A stretch of DNA of 64,000 nt from an uncultured delta proteobacterium (lineage in GTDB: Bacteria > Myxococcota_A > Polyangia > Polyangiales > Polyangiaceae). The notes below the pieces were generated by a model. That model saw only the letters and a program-made list of their open reading frames with translations. It was not told where the DNA came from and did not search any database. Below are positions 29,585-40,794 of the stretch, in pieces; positions within the stretch are counted from its first letter, which is position 1, and each line of letters starts with the position of its first letter. The DNA is taken from positions 6,695,948 to 6,759,947 of the forward strand of contig CAWAIF010000003.1 of assembly GCA_963782055.1 (NCBI GenBank), in the 5' to 3' direction. A program made the position numbers and the translations under genes.

Positions 29585-30495
29585 TCCAGGTATCCCACGT
29601 GTCCAAGTCCTTCGGTCCGGTCCTCGCGCTGGACGACGTGTCGCTCGCCATCGGGCGGGGAGAGCGCGTCGCCTTCGTCGGCTCCAACGGGTCCGGGAAG
29701 ACGACCCTGCTCCGGTCCATCCTCGGCCTCTTGCGGGTCGAGGGCCGCGTCGCCGTCGGCGGCGTGGACGTCGCCGCCTCGCCGGAGATCGCCCTGCGCT
29801 CGGTGGCGTACATCCCGCAGATCGCGCCGCCGCTGGAGGCGCCGGTCGGCGAGGTCATCAGGGCGCACGCCGCCCTGCGGCGGATCGACGCCGGGGCCGT
29901 CGCCGAGCGCGCGGGGCCGCTCGGCCTCTCGGTCGCCGCGGTGGAGCGCACGCGTTTCCGCGATCTGTCCGGCGGCATGAAGCAGAAGCTCCTCGCGGCG
30001 ATGGCCCTCGCCACCGGCGCCGAGGTGCTGGTGTGCGACGAGCCCACCGCCAACCTGGACGCCGCGGCGCGCGCCGCCTTCTTCGAGCAGGTCGACGAGC
30101 GCGGCCGGGACGGCATCGTGGTGCTCTGCTCCCACCGGATCGAGGAGGTCCGGCAGCTCGTCGACCGCGTGGTGGAGATGAAGGAGGGCCGCGTCGCGCG
30201 GGACGCGTCGCTCCACGAGCTGCTCGCGGAGCTGCGCAGCTTCCGGGTGGAGGTGGCCCTCGGGCGCACGCGGGGGGAGGCGGAGACCTTCCTGCGCGCC
30301 AACGGCTTCGAGTCCGCGGGCCCCGGACGCCTGGGCGCCCTCTTCTCGCAATCGGCGAAGGTGGACGTGGTCGCCAGGCTCCTGCGCCTCCACCAGGACG
30401 ACATCGCCGATCTGTCGGTGTACCAGGTCGACGACCTCGCGCTCGGCGAGCGCGCCGGGAGCGAGGGCCGTCCGCGACTGAAGGTGGTGTCATGA
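29581..30495 (+). CDS. nosF: NosF, ABC transporter ATP-binding protein
   Basis: Walker A 'GSNGSGKTT', signature 'LSGGMKQK', Walker B 'LVCDEPTANLD'. ATGA overlap with nosD. Confidence 0.8.
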   Translation: MIQVSHVSKSFGPVLALDDVSLAIGRGERVAFVGSNGSGKTTLLRSILGLLRVEGRVAVGGVDVAASPEIALRSVAYIPQIAPPLEAPVGEVIRAHAALRRIDAGAVAERAGPLGLSVAAVERTRFRDLSGGMKQKLLAAMALATGAEVLVCDEPTANLDAAARAAFFEQVDERGRDGIVVLCSHRIEEVRQLVDRVVEMKEGRVARDASLHELLAELRSFRVEVALGRTRGEAETFLRANGFESAGPGRLGALFSQSAKVDVVARLLRLHQDDIADLSVYQVDDLALGERAGSEGRPRLKVVS

Positions 30496-30905
30496 GCGCC
30501 GGCCGGCTCGCGCTGGCGCTCGCGCTGGTGGCTGCGCTTCTCGGCGCGTGCGAGGACCTGTCGCGCCCGGTCGACCCCGTGTGGGGCAAGCAGGCGTGCG
30601 CCCACTGCGCCATGCTCGTGTCCGACCCGCGCTTCGCCGCCGAGCTCACGACGACCGCCGGCGACCGCCTCTTCTTCGACGACCCGGGCTGCATGGCCGC
30701 CTACGTGGACGAGCACCGCACGCCCGTCCGCCGGATGTGGGTCCACGACGTCTCCGGGGCCTGGATCGACGCGCAGGGCGCGCAGTTCAAGGCGGGGGCG
30801 TCGTCTCCCATGGACTACGGGTTCGCGACCGACCCTCAGGGCAAGGACGACTGGAGCGCGGTGGAGCGGGCGGCGACGAGCCGCATGGCGGGAGGTGAAC
30901 GATGA
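30492..30905 (+). CDS. nosL: NosL, copper chaperone lipoprotein
   Basis: Lipobox 'LLGAC', 'CAHCAM' Cu-binding motif, ~137 aa. ATGA overlap with nosF. Confidence 0.75.
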   Translation: MSAGRLALALALVAALLGACEDLSRPVDPVWGKQACAHCAMLVSDPRFAAELTTTAGDRLFFDDPGCMAAYVDEHRTPVRRMWVHDVSGAWIDAQGAQFKAGASSPMDYGFATDPQGKDDWSAVERAATSRMAGGER

Positions 30906-31753
30906 ATGCCGCATCGACGGGTGGAAGCGCGACGCGCGCCTTCTTTCGACTGGAGATCGCCGACGCGCTCCGGTCGCGGTGGGTGGTCTTCACGGCCACG
31001 GTGTACGTGGTGGTGTTCGGCTCCTTCGTGTGGCTGGGCCTGCGGGAGTCCTCCGTCCTCGGGTTCACCGGCCTCTCGCGCGTGGTGCTCAACGTGTCCA
31101 ACGCGGTGGTGATCGTGCTGCCGCTGGTCGCCCTCGTCGCCACCAGCCAGACGGTGGTTCGCGCCCGGACGACGGGCTTCTTCGAGCTGCTCCTGGCGCA
31201 GCCGTGCAGGCGAACCGACTGGTTCCGCGCGGTCGTCGCGTCGCGGCTGACCGTCATCATCGCGCCGCTCGTGCTCCTCTTGCTGGCGACGCTGGTGGCG
31301 GGCGCGTCCGCGCACGAGACCACCCTCGCGCCGCTGGTGGCGCGGAGCGTGCTCTGCATCGTCTCGCTGGTGTGGGCCTTCGTCGGCATCGGCCTGTGGC
31401 TTTCGTCGGTAGCGCGCACGTCGGAGCGCGCGACGGTCTACGCGCTCGTCACGTGGCTCGCGGCGAGCGCCCTGCACGATTTCGCGCTCATCGGCCTGCT
31501 GCTGAAGACGCGCCTCGCCCCGGCCGCCGTGTTCACCCTCGCCGCGCTGAACCCGGTCGAGTCGGCACGGCTGGCCATCCTGGGCGGCATCGACCCGGAC
31601 CTCTCGGTGCTCGGGCCCGTCGGGTTCTGGCTCGCGAACACGCTCGGACCTCGCTGGACGCTGGTGATCGGGGTGGGCTGGCCGCTGCTGCTCGGGAGCG
31701 TGTGCGCCTGGCTCGCCGCGCGACGACTCGAGCGGTCGGACCTCGCGGGCTGA
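30902..31753 (+). CDS. nosY: NosY, ABC-2 type permease
   Basis: Six predicted TM helices. ATGA overlap with nosL. Confidence 0.7.
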   Translation: MNAASTGGSATRAFFRLEIADALRSRWVVFTATVYVVVFGSFVWLGLRESSVLGFTGLSRVVLNVSNAVVIVLPLVALVATSQTVVRARTTGFFELLLAQPCRRTDWFRAVVASRLTVIIAPLVLLLLATLVAGASAHETTLAPLVARSVLCIVSLVWAFVGIGLWLSSVARTSERATVYALVTWLAASALHDFALIGLLLKTRLAPAAVFTLAALNPVESARLAILGGIDPDLSVLGPVGFWLANTLGPRWTLVIGVGWPLLLGSVCAWLAARRLERSDLAG

Positions 31754-31824
31754 CATCCGTCAGTGTCGGACGAGGGCGGCGACGCCACACTCTTCGACAG
31801 GAACGACAACGGAGGAACAGACTC

Positions 31825-32268
31825 ATGAATACAGCGGTCCGATACGTCGTCGCGTGCGTCGCAGCCGCCGCGCTGGTCGCCTGCAGTAAGTCCGAAGCCA
31901 GCTCGACTGGCTCCGGCGCAGGCGCCGTGGACACCTCCGGCACGGCCGCCGGCCTTCCGGCGGACACGGCGACCGCGGCCGCCGACCCCGCGGCGGCGCA
32001 GACGCTCTTCAACGCCCGCTGCGTCCCCTGCCACGGCTCGACGGGCCACGGCGACGGCCCGGGCGCAGTGGCTCTCAACCCCAAGCCGCGCAACTACACC
32101 GACGTCGCCTGGCAGAACAAGGTCTCCGACGAGGACATCAAGAAGACCATCCTCTACGGCGGCGCCGCGGTCGGGAAGAGCCCCAACATGCCCGCCAACC
32201 CCGACCTGGACGGCAAGCCCGAGCTCGACGGCCTGGTGAAGATCGTCCGCGGCTTCAAGGGCAAGTGA
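31825..32268 (+). CDS. Mono-heme c-type cytochrome lipoprotein (NosC-like electron donor)
   Basis: Lipobox 'LVAC', heme motif 'CVPCH', Met-rich C-terminal region. RBS GGAGGA lies 9 nt upstream. Confidence 0.7.
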   Translation: MNTAVRYVVACVAAAALVACSKSEASSTGSGAGAVDTSGTAAGLPADTATAAADPAAAQTLFNARCVPCHGSTGHGDGPGAVALNPKPRNYTDVAWQNKVSDEDIKKTILYGGAAVGKSPNMPANPDLDGKPELDGLVKIVRGFKGK

Positions 32269-32272
32269 GGCG

Positions 32273-32989
32273 CTAGCCGGCGTCGACCGACAGGGCCTCG
32301 GGCTGGTGGAGGATGAACCCCTCCCCCGTCGTGGAGAGCAGCCCCTCCTTCTGCCACCGGCTCATCATGCGGATGGTCGTCTCGATCGTCGCGCCGACCA
32401 GGCACGAGAGCTCCGCGCGCGAGAGGACCACCGGGATGATCACCGAGCCGTCCTCCAGCTCGTCGCCGAAGCGCTCAGCCAGGTGGCCGAGCAGGGTGGT
32501 GAGGCGCTTCTCCACCGGCCCTGCGGTCATGATGCGGATCTTCTCGCGCAGGGCGGTGGAGTGGTCGACCAGCGACCGGTTGATGGCGAGCGAGAGTTTG
32601 ACGTCGCGCGACATCGCCGCGAGGACCGGCGTCTTCTCCACGCAGAGGAGCTCCACGACCTCGCTCGCCGCGAGGGCGTCGGCCGGGTAGGTCCCGTGCG
32701 AGATCACGGCGACGTCGCCCACGCTCTCGCGCGGGCCGAAGAGGCCCATGATGGCCGCGTCGCCCTCGGGCCGCGGCTGGCAGATCTTCACCAGGCCGGT
32801 GGCGATGATGGTGATGCAGGTCGCGGGCTGTCCGGCGCGCCAGATGACGCCCCCGCGCTCGAAGCGGCGGCGCACCGTGCTCCGCGCGAGCTCGGCGAGC
32901 AGCGACTCGTCCAGCCCTCCTAGGAGCCGAGACGCCCGGAGGCTGGCGTCGATTCCAACTGGAGCTGGCGGTGCGTTCATGGCGAGCAC
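32273..32989 (-). CDS. Crp/Fnr-family transcriptional regulator (NnrR/Dnr-like, no Fnr Cys cluster)
   Basis: cNMP-binding beta-roll plus a C-terminal HTH ('LSRAELSCLVGATIETTIRMMSRW'). Convergent with the nos cluster. Confidence 0.8.
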   Translation of the reverse strand: MLAMNAPPAPVGIDASLRASRLLGGLDESLLAELARSTVRRRFERGGVIWRAGQPATCITIIATGLVKICQPRPEGDAAIMGLFGPRESVGDVAVISHGTYPADALAASEVVELLCVEKTPVLAAMSRDVKLSLAINRSLVDHSTALREKIRIMTAGPVEKRLTTLLGHLAERFGDELEDGSVIIPVVLSRAELSCLVGATIETTIRMMSRWQKEGLLSTTGEGFILHQPEALSVDAG

Positions 32990-33025
32990 GGTGCTAGCGC
33001 AAAGGGAACGCGGGCGCCATGGGCT

Positions 33026-33604
33026 TCAGCCGGCTGAGTCGTGGGGGATCACGCCGTCGAGGGCCGCGAAGACCTCCGGCGTGCGGCGCGCCCGCATCAC
33101 GGCGAAGAGGCGCCTCCGCTCGGCGACGGGGATCTCCACCTCGACCACGGGAAAGAGGTCCTGCTCTTCCAGCGCAAGGTGGATGTCCAGCACCGCACCC
33201 AGGCGGCGCGAGGCGGCCAGCAGGTCGAGAGCTGCGATGCCCTCCGGCGCCTCCTGCAGGCGCTCCCACTCCGGGAGGAGCTCCTCGAGGACCTCGTGGA
33301 CGAGCACGTGCTGGGCCGTCATGCGCTCCAGGGCCTCGGCCACCTGGGCACCAGCGCCCGTCGAGAGGAGGGCCGGAGCGAGGGACTGCTCCTCGTCCGC
33401 TTCGTGCAGGGGGAGCGCGACGCGGAAGTAGCGTACGAGCTGCGTGCTCGCGTCCCGCACCGGCTCCGCCCCCAGCCCCGACCCCGCGGCGAGGCTCAGC
33501 GCCAGGCCGGAGAAGTGACGCAGGCGGGCGTGGCACGCCATGAGGAGGTCGACCGGCTCTTCGGTCGTCGGGGGACGGGGTCCGGTGCGTATGTGGTGGA
33601 GCAT
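33026..33604 (-). CDS. Hemerythrin-like domain protein
   Basis: ATG at the internal Met 'MLHHIRTG'. H/E/D pattern ('LLMACHARLRHF...PLHEADEEQ...HVLVHEVLEEL'). Confidence 0.5.
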   Translation of the reverse strand: MLHHIRTGPRPPTTEEPVDLLMACHARLRHFSGLALSLAAGSGLGAEPVRDASTQLVRYFRVALPLHEADEEQSLAPALLSTGAGAQVAEALERMTAQHVLVHEVLEELLPEWERLQEAPEGIAALDLLAASRRLGAVLDIHLALEEQDLFPVVEVEIPVAERRRLFAVMRARRTPEVFAALDGVIPHDSAG

Positions 33605-33660
33605 GGACTGTTCTGTGTGCCGGGCCGGCGTTCCCGTCCATGCCAAATGTCATGAGCGCA

Positions 33661-34659
<999 letters not shown>

Positions 34660-34660
34660 G

Positions 34661-34675
34661 GCGTTCCAGTTTGGA
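34661..34675. promoter_or_regulatory. Inverted repeat GTTCCA-N3-TGGAAC, candidate enhancer site for the adjacent sigma-54 activator
   Basis: Six-bp arms that are perfectly complementary, about 45 bp upstream of the putative -24/-12 element and immediately upstream of the activator start codon. Confidence 0.4.
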
Positions 34676-34718
34676 ACATAGGTCCGGCGCGTCCCGCGGA
34701 CAAGCCGGCGGTGTGCGC

Positions 34719-34734
34719 TGGTACGGGGGCTGCA
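34719..34734 (+). promoter_or_regulatory. Putative sigma-54 (-24/-12) promoter TGGTACGGGGGCTGCA upstream of ytfE
   Basis: GG and GC dinucleotides have the spacing of the TGGCACG-N4-TTGCW consensus. The element ends ~22 nt before the ytfE ATG. Confidence 0.45.
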
Positions 34735-34756
34735 GATGCCACGAGCGGAGGCAAGC

Positions 34757-35458
34757 ATGCCCGTCATCGACCGAACCGCCAGTGTCGCCCAGATCGCGCT
34801 CGATCATCCGCCGTGCGCGATCGTCTTCCGCAACCACCGCATCGACTTCTGCTGCCGGGGCGGGCTCACCGTCGAGGAGGCGTGCGCGGGCAAGGCCATC
34901 GACACCGAGGCCGTCTTCGTCGAGCTCGACCGGGCCGTCCAGGAGCGTGCCGCGCCGGCCTTCGACCCGCGAGGGCTCGCGACGCCCGAGCTCGTCGCGC
35001 ACATCGTCGGGCGCCACCACGCGTACCTGCGCAAGGCCTTGCCCTTCGCCGAGCAGGTCGCGCGCAAGGTGGGCCGCGTGCACGGAGAGCACAACCCGAA
35101 GCTCCCGGCCCTGGCAGACCTCGTCGCCGAGCTGCGTGAGACGCTGGAGCCTCACCTGGACCAGGAGGAGCGCGCGCTCTTCCCGGCGCTCACCGGCCAG
35201 GCGCCGGACCCGGCGCGCGTCGCCGGCGAGCTGCGCGCGATGCACGACGACCACCTGCGCGTGGGCGAGATGCTCACCTGCATGCGCACGCTCGCGGACG
35301 ACTACGCGTGTCCCGACTGGGCGTGCGGGAGCTACCGGGCGCTGATGAGCGAGCTCGAGGCCATCGAGCTGGACACGCTGCGGCACGTCCACCTCGAGAA
35401 CCACGTGCTCATGCCTCGCTTCTCCACTCACACAGGCGAGGTCAACGCCAATGCCTAG
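34757..35458 (+). CDS. ytfE: Iron-sulfur cluster repair di-iron protein (RIC/YtfE/ScdA family)
   Basis: N-terminal ScdA_N motif 'RIDFCCRGG', then a hemerythrin-like domain with His/Glu ligands ('HHAYLR', 'HNPKL', 'MHDDHL', 'LENHVL'). Confidence 0.8.
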   Translation: MPVIDRTASVAQIALDHPPCAIVFRNHRIDFCCRGGLTVEEACAGKAIDTEAVFVELDRAVQERAAPAFDPRGLATPELVAHIVGRHHAYLRKALPFAEQVARKVGRVHGEHNPKLPALADLVAELRETLEPHLDQEERALFPALTGQAPDPARVAGELRAMHDDHLRVGEMLTCMRTLADDYACPDWACGSYRALMSELEAIELDTLRHVHLENHVLMPRFSTHTGEVNANA

Positions 35459-36602
35459 GTCGAAGGTCGCGGTCCTCAGGTGCAAGCCGGCGACGGTCCT
35501 CGCCGACATCGAGCGGCTCTGCGAGCTCGCGGGGATGAAGGAGGCCCTCGCGCCCGGCAACACGACCATCCTCAAGGACAACATCTCCTGGCACTACCCC
35601 TTCCCCGGCGCGAACACGACGCCCTGGCAGATGGAGGGGACCATCCTCGCGCTGAGGAACGCCGGGCTCGGCGACGTGACGTGCGTGCAGAACAAGACGG
35701 TGGTGACCAACGCCTTCAAGGGCGAGGACCTCAACCACTACGTGCCGCTCTTCGAGAAGCACGGCGTGCCGGTGCGCTACAACTTCAAGGAGACCGACAT
35801 GACGTGGGTCGAGCACCGGCCCAGGGCGAAGATGCACGTCCTCGACCGCGTCTTCCCGGAGGGGATCCGCGTGCCCGACTACTTCTTCGGCAAGAACGTG
35901 GTGCACCTCCCGACGGTGAAGTGTCACATCTACACGACGACCACTGGCGCCATGAAGAACGCCTTCGGCGGCCTGCTCGCGACCAAGCGCCACTACACCC
36001 ACTCCTGGATCCATCGCACGCTGGTGGACCTGCTCGCCATCCAGAAGGAGATCCACACCGGCATCTTCGCGGTGATGGACGGCACGACGTGCGGCAACGG
36101 CCCGGGCCCGCGCACCATGATCCCGGTGGTGAAGGACTTCATGCTCGCGAGCGCCGACCAGGTCGCCATCGACGCCGTGGCCGCGAAGATGATGGGCTTC
36201 GACCCGATGAAGCTCGAGTACATCAAGGTCGCGCACGACGACGGGCTCGGCGTCGGCGACCCGCGCGACATCGAGATCGTCGGGGACGACGTGAGCGGCG
36301 AGAGCTGGGGATTCAGCGTCGGCGACAACCTGGCGAGCCACGCGGGCGACCTGCTGTGGTTCGGGCCGCTCAAGCGCATCCAGAAGCTCTTCTTCCACAC
36401 GCCGCTCGTGAACGTCTTCATCTTCGGCAGCGAGGCCTACCACGACTACTACCGCTGGCCGCTGAAGGACCGGCGGACGTTCGAGACGTGGGCGCGCCAG
36501 ACGAAGTGGGGCCGGCTGTTCCAGTCGTACGCCGGCGGGCCCACCTCGGGCGAGGCTGGCGTGCGCCTTGCACCGCAGGGAGACGCTGGAGGTGACGCAT
36601 GA
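35451..36602 (+). CDS. DUF362-family protein
   Basis: 383 aa. 8-nt overlap with the ytfE 3' end. Conserved 'VKCHIYTTTTGAMKNAFGG' region typical of DUF362. Confidence 0.5.
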   Translation: MPRSKVAVLRCKPATVLADIERLCELAGMKEALAPGNTTILKDNISWHYPFPGANTTPWQMEGTILALRNAGLGDVTCVQNKTVVTNAFKGEDLNHYVPLFEKHGVPVRYNFKETDMTWVEHRPRAKMHVLDRVFPEGIRVPDYFFGKNVVHLPTVKCHIYTTTTGAMKNAFGGLLATKRHYTHSWIHRTLVDLLAIQKEIHTGIFAVMDGTTCGNGPGPRTMIPVVKDFMLASADQVAIDAVAAKMMGFDPMKLEYIKVAHDDGLGVGDPRDIEIVGDDVSGESWGFSVGDNLASHAGDLLWFGPLKRIQKLFFHTPLVNVFIFGSEAYHDYYRWPLKDRRTFETWARQTKWGRLFQSYAGGPTSGEAGVRLAPQGDAGGDA

Positions 36603-36994
36603 TCCGGCTCAAGCGCGCGTACGAACCGGCCGACCAGGGCGACGGGCACCGCGTCCTCGTGGAGCGGCTGTGGCCGCGCGGCCTGCGCAAGGAGCAGGCG
36701 CACTTTGACGAGTGGCTCAAGGGGATCGCCCCGAGCGACGCGCTCCGCAAGTGGTTCCATCAAGACGCGGACAGGTGGTCGGAGTTCCGGCGGCGCTACG
36801 TGCGCGAGCTCCACGCGGAGCCGGCGAAGCCGGTGCTGGAGCAACTCGCCCGCCGCGCGAAGCGGGAGCCGGTCACCCTCGTCTACGGGGCGCACGACAC
36901 CGAGCACAACAGCGCCGTGGTCCTGGCAAAGGAGCTCGAGCGCCGCGGGGCACGGGTGATGCATCGCCCCCACGCACAGCAGGAGGCACCATGA
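36599..36994 (+). CDS. DUF488 (YeaO-like) protein
   Basis: ATGA overlap with the previous gene. 131 aa with the 'RLWPRG' motif typical of DUF488. Confidence 0.5.
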   Translation: MIRLKRAYEPADQGDGHRVLVERLWPRGLRKEQAHFDEWLKGIAPSDALRKWFHQDADRWSEFRRRYVRELHAEPAKPVLEQLARRAKREPVTLVYGAHDTEHNSAVVLAKELERRGARVMHRPHAQQEAP

Positions 36995-37209
36995 CACGTC
37001 CCGCCGAACCCGAGCGCCACGACCCGCGCGTGGGCACCAGCAACCCGCACGCGTCGCTGTGGCAGGTCGACGAACCGTACCTGGGACCGCCGGAAGCAGG
37101 TCAGCCCCGTGCCGGGAGCGCCGGACGACCGGTCGCGCGGCGGGGCGAGGCGGCCACGCCGGACCTGCAGCGAGCCCCGCCCGCGGCCGCTTGACGCGTA
37201 CGCCTCGCG

Positions 37210-37434
37210 TCACCGCCGCATGCGCCTGTCGAAGCCGCGCACATAGAGCAGCAGCGCTCCGCCGAGGGCGAAGAGCACGACCGATGCGCCGGCCCCGGCG
37301 ACGGCCACCCCGGTGTCGCCTCTCAGCACGGCGTCCAGCGAGGCCGCGAGCAGCCAGAGCTGGACGACGACCAGCGTGGCGACGAGGGCGAAGATCGCGG
37401 TGAAGAGCTGCTGACCCTGCGTGCGGTAGCTCAT
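37210..37434 (-). CDS. Small two-TM membrane protein (last gene of the Mo-oxidoreductase operon)
   Basis: 74 aa with two hydrophobic helices. It lies 4 nt downstream of the Rieske gene stop. Confidence 0.4.
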   Translation of the reverse strand: MSYRTQGQQLFTAIFALVATLVVVQLWLLAASLDAVLRGDTGVAVAGAGASVVLFALGGALLLYVRGFDRRMRR

Positions 37435-37437
37435 CGG

Positions 37438-37941
37438 TCAGCTCGCGATGCCGGTGGCGAAGACGTCGTCGCCACGCACGTCCAGCATCACCTGAGGCAG
37501 CGGCCGCTCCGGAGGGCCCTCGATGGGTCGCGCGCCGCCGGGCCCGCACTCGAACAGGCCCTCGTGGCACGGGCAGAAGAGGTGGTCGTCCGACGCCCGG
37601 TAGACGACCGCGCAGGAGAGGTGCGTGCACACGGCAGAGAAGGCGACGAGGACGCCCTCGCGCGTGCGCACCAGGATGCACGGGTCCTTGTCGGTCGGGT
37701 AGCGGAAGAGGAGCGACTCGGCCGGCGCGAGCGCGGAGGCCGAGGCGATGCGCTTCTCGCCGTAGCTCTGGTGCGTGCGGAGCCGCCCGGCGATCGCGAC
37801 GGCCACGTTGGCGCCCGCGACGAGCGCCGAGCCGAGCACCAGGAACTTGGTGAGCTCGCGCCGCGTGACGTAGTGGTCCTGGTCCCACTCGACGGGGAAG
37901 TCCCCGCGCCATCGGGGCAACGACTTCTTCTCGTCAGCCAT
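37438..37941 (-). CDS. Rieske [2Fe-2S] protein with an N-terminal TM anchor
   Basis: Boxes 'CTHLSC' and 'CPCHEG' (CxH...CxxH). A hydrophobic helix lies near the N-terminus. 8-nt overlap with the upstream FeS gene. Confidence 0.8.
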   Translation of the reverse strand: MADEKKSLPRWRGDFPVEWDQDHYVTRRELTKFLVLGSALVAGANVAVAIAGRLRTHQSYGEKRIASASALAPAESLLFRYPTDKDPCILVRTREGVLVAFSAVCTHLSCAVVYRASDDHLFCPCHEGLFECGPGGARPIEGPPERPLPQVMLDVRGDDVFATGIAS

Positions 37942-38572
37942 GGCTCTCCTCCAGCAGCGCGGCGACGTCGGTCGGGTCGGGCGCGAGGGCGATGGGCTCG
38001 CCGGTCTTCTTCTTGAGCCCCAGGAGCTTCACCTCCACGCGCTCGGTCCGGGCCGGCACCATCACGTGCACCTTGGTGCGCACCGTCTCGTCGCCGAAGC
38101 GCCACTCGTTGACGGCCACGCCCGTGCGTGTCCGCTCCATCTCCTCGCGCGTCATGAAGCTCAGCGCCTGCGACGGGCACACGGTCGCGCACATCGGGCG
38201 CTTGCCCACGCTGGTGCGGTCGTAGCAGTAGTCGCACTTCATCATCTGGTCGAAGTCGGCCACGTACTTCGGCACGCCGAAGGGGCACGACAGCACGCAG
38301 TTGGAGCAGCCGATGCAGCGCGGCTTGAGCGACGACTGCGTCACGAGATCGGGCGTCTGCTTGATGGCGTCGGCGGGGCAGACGCGCGCGCAGATGGGGT
38401 CCTCGCAGTGCATGCACACCTGCGGCGCCGTCTGGACGGTGTCCCTGCGGTCGATGGTCTCCAGGTGGATCATGGACCGGCCGCGGTGGGTGTCGCACTC
38501 CTCGCACGCCTGCACGCAGGCCTTGCAGCCGATGCAGCGCGAGTAGTCGATGAAGAAGACCAGCTCGCTCAT
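37934..38572 (-). CDS. Four-cluster [4Fe-4S] ferredoxin subunit (NarH/DmsB/PsrB-like, short)
   Basis: Start at '[19 protein letters not shown]'. Four Cys clusters ([41 protein letters not shown]...C). Confidence 0.8.
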   Translation of the reverse strand: MSELVFFIDYSRCIGCKACVQACEECDTHRGRSMIHLETIDRRDTVQTAPQVCMHCEDPICARVCPADAIKQTPDLVTQSSLKPRCIGCSNCVLSCPFGVPKYVADFDQMMKCDYCYDRTSVGKRPMCATVCPSQALSFMTREEMERTRTGVAVNEWRFGDETVRTKVHVMVPARTERVEVKLLGLKKKTGEPIALAPDPTDVAALLEESHG

Positions 38573-40790
38573 CCGATCCCCCCGCCTGCGGCTCGAGGTG
38601 CGCGTCGGCGTCGTCGGGCGCTTCCACGCGCGTGACGCGGACCGCGCAGATCTTGAACTCGGGGATCTTCGACACCGGGTCGATCGCCCGGATGGTGCAG
38701 TTGTTGGCCGCGCGCTCGAGCGGCCAGTGGTAGGGGATGAAGACGTGGTCGGGGCGGATCGTCTTGACAATCATCGCGCGCACCGTCGCCACGCCACGCC
38801 GGCTCTCCACCCGCACGAAGTCGCCCTCTCCGACGCCCAGGTCGGCCGCCATGCGCGGGTGCATCTCGCAGTAGGCGGAGGGGTTCTGGCTCACCAGCGC
38901 CCCGATGCGCCGCGTCTGGGTGCCCGACAGGTACTGCGACACGACGCGCCCCGTCGTCAGCGTGATGGGGTACTCCGCGTCGGGCTCCTCCGCCGCCGGG
39001 CGCCACTCCACCGGCTGGAAGTGGGCGCGGCCGTCGGGGTGCGCGAACCTGGCGCCCTCGTAGAGGCGCGGCGTGCCCGGGTGATCGAGCGAGGGGCAAG
39101 GCCAGAAGACGCCCATCTGCGCGTCGATCTTCTCGTAGGTGATGCCGTAGTAGTCCGACGCGCCGCCCCTGGACGCGACCCGCAGCTCCTCGAAGATCGC
39201 CCGTGGCGAGTCGAACCCGAACTTGTCGGCGACGCCCAGACGGGCGGCCAGATCGCAGATGATCTTCCAGTCCACCCGAGCGTTGCCGGGCGGGTCGACG
39301 GCCTTCTGGTGGTGGACGACGCGCCCCTCGACGGTCGTCGTGGTGCCCTCGTCCTCTTCCATGAGCGAGCCGGGCAGGACCACGTCGGCGTGCCGGAGGG
39401 TCTCGGAGAGGAAGAAATCGATGCCCGCGAAGTACTCGAGCTTCTCCAGCGCCTCGCGGACGAAGTTCTGGTCAGGCAGCGAGACCATCGGGTTGAAGCA
39501 GATGAGCAGCAGACCCTTGATACGGCCGTCGTGGATCGCCTCGAGCAGCGGGACGGCGCTCAGGCCCTTGTGAGGGATGGACTCCTCCGGCACGCCCCAC
39601 ACATCGGCGATGTAGCGGCGGTGCTCGGGGTTGTCGATGTCACGCTGCCCGGGGAGCTGCTCCGCCTTCTGCCCCTGCTCGCGCGCGCCCTGCCCGTTGC
39701 CCTGGCCGGTGATCATCGCGTAGCCGCAACCCTCGCGGCCGATGCGACCGGTGGCGACGACGAGGTTGAGCGCGGCCATGCAGTTGTCCACGCCCTTGGT
39801 GTGGTGCTCGATGCCGCGCGCGTGCAGGAGGAAGCTCGTCTTCGCCGGCCCCCAGAGCTCGGCGGCGCGCACGATCATCGACGCCGGCACGCCGGCGATC
39901 TTCGCCGAGTACTCGGGCGTGTACTTCTTCACGACCTCCTCCACCTGGTCGAAGCCGGTGGTGTGCTCCCGGATGAAGTCGCGATCGACCCAGCCGCGCT
40001 CGAGCATCACGTGCAGCATGCCGTTGAACACGGCGATGTCGCCGCCGGACCGGACCGGAATGTACAGGTCCACGGTGCGCGCGATGGGCGTCATGCGCGG
40101 GTCGAGCACGATGATCCTGGCGCCCTTCTCCCGCGCGGACCACAGGTACTCGGTGGTGATGGGCGCGCACTCGGCGACGTTGGCGCCGGCGATCAGGATC
40201 ACCTCCGCCTCGCGGATGTCGCTCCAGGGGTTGGCCGCGCGGTCGATGCCGAGGACCTTCTTCGAGGCGGCGGCCGCCGAGACCATGCAGAGGCGGCCGT
40301 TGTAGTCGATGTTGGCGGTGCGCACGGCGACGCGCGCGAACTTGCCCATCAGGTACGCCTTCTCGTTGGTGAGGGAGGCGCCGGTCAGGATGGCGAAGCT
40401 GTCCGGGCCGTGCTTCTCCTGGATGGACCGGATCGCGTTCGCGGTGCGGTCGAGCGCGGTCTCCCATTCCAGGGGACGGAAGCCGACGCCCTCCACGCGC
40501 TCGAGTGGCTCGAGCAGACGGTCGGGGTGATCGCCCTGCATGTAGCGCTTCACGCCCTTCGGGCACAGCTTCCCACGGTTGAAGGGGAACTCCTCCCACG
40601 GCTCGAACCCGACGACCTTCTCGTGCTTGACCTTGAGCTGGATGCCGCACTGTTGCCCGCAGAAGCAGCAGTGGGTCTTCACCAGGCGGTCGGCGTCTCC
40701 CACCGGCGTCCACCCACCGGCAGGGACCGTGTGCAGGTGCGGGCCCCAGCGATCGACGAGCTCGGCAACGGGTACGGGCAGCTTGGCCAT
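38569..40790 (-). CDS. Molybdopterin (bis-MGD) oxidoreductase catalytic subunit, cytoplasmic NasA/NarB-like; the 3' end lacks an in-frame stop
   Basis: N-terminal FS0 cluster motif '[10 protein letters not shown]...C', MGD-binding regions and a C-terminal 'KICAVRV' motif. There is no Tat signal. The frame continues without a stop across the FeS gene; the coding signal ends at a C6 run at 38578..38583. Confidence 0.75.
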
Positions 40791-40794
40791 GGTG

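Noticed and set aside
37488-40790. 1100-aa ORF suggesting a giant Mo-FeS-Rieske fusion protein
   Set aside because: The FeS and Rieske proteins are encoded in other frames with their own starts. GC3 bias in the Mo frame collapses at the FeS start. I interpret it as a missing stop, not a fusion.
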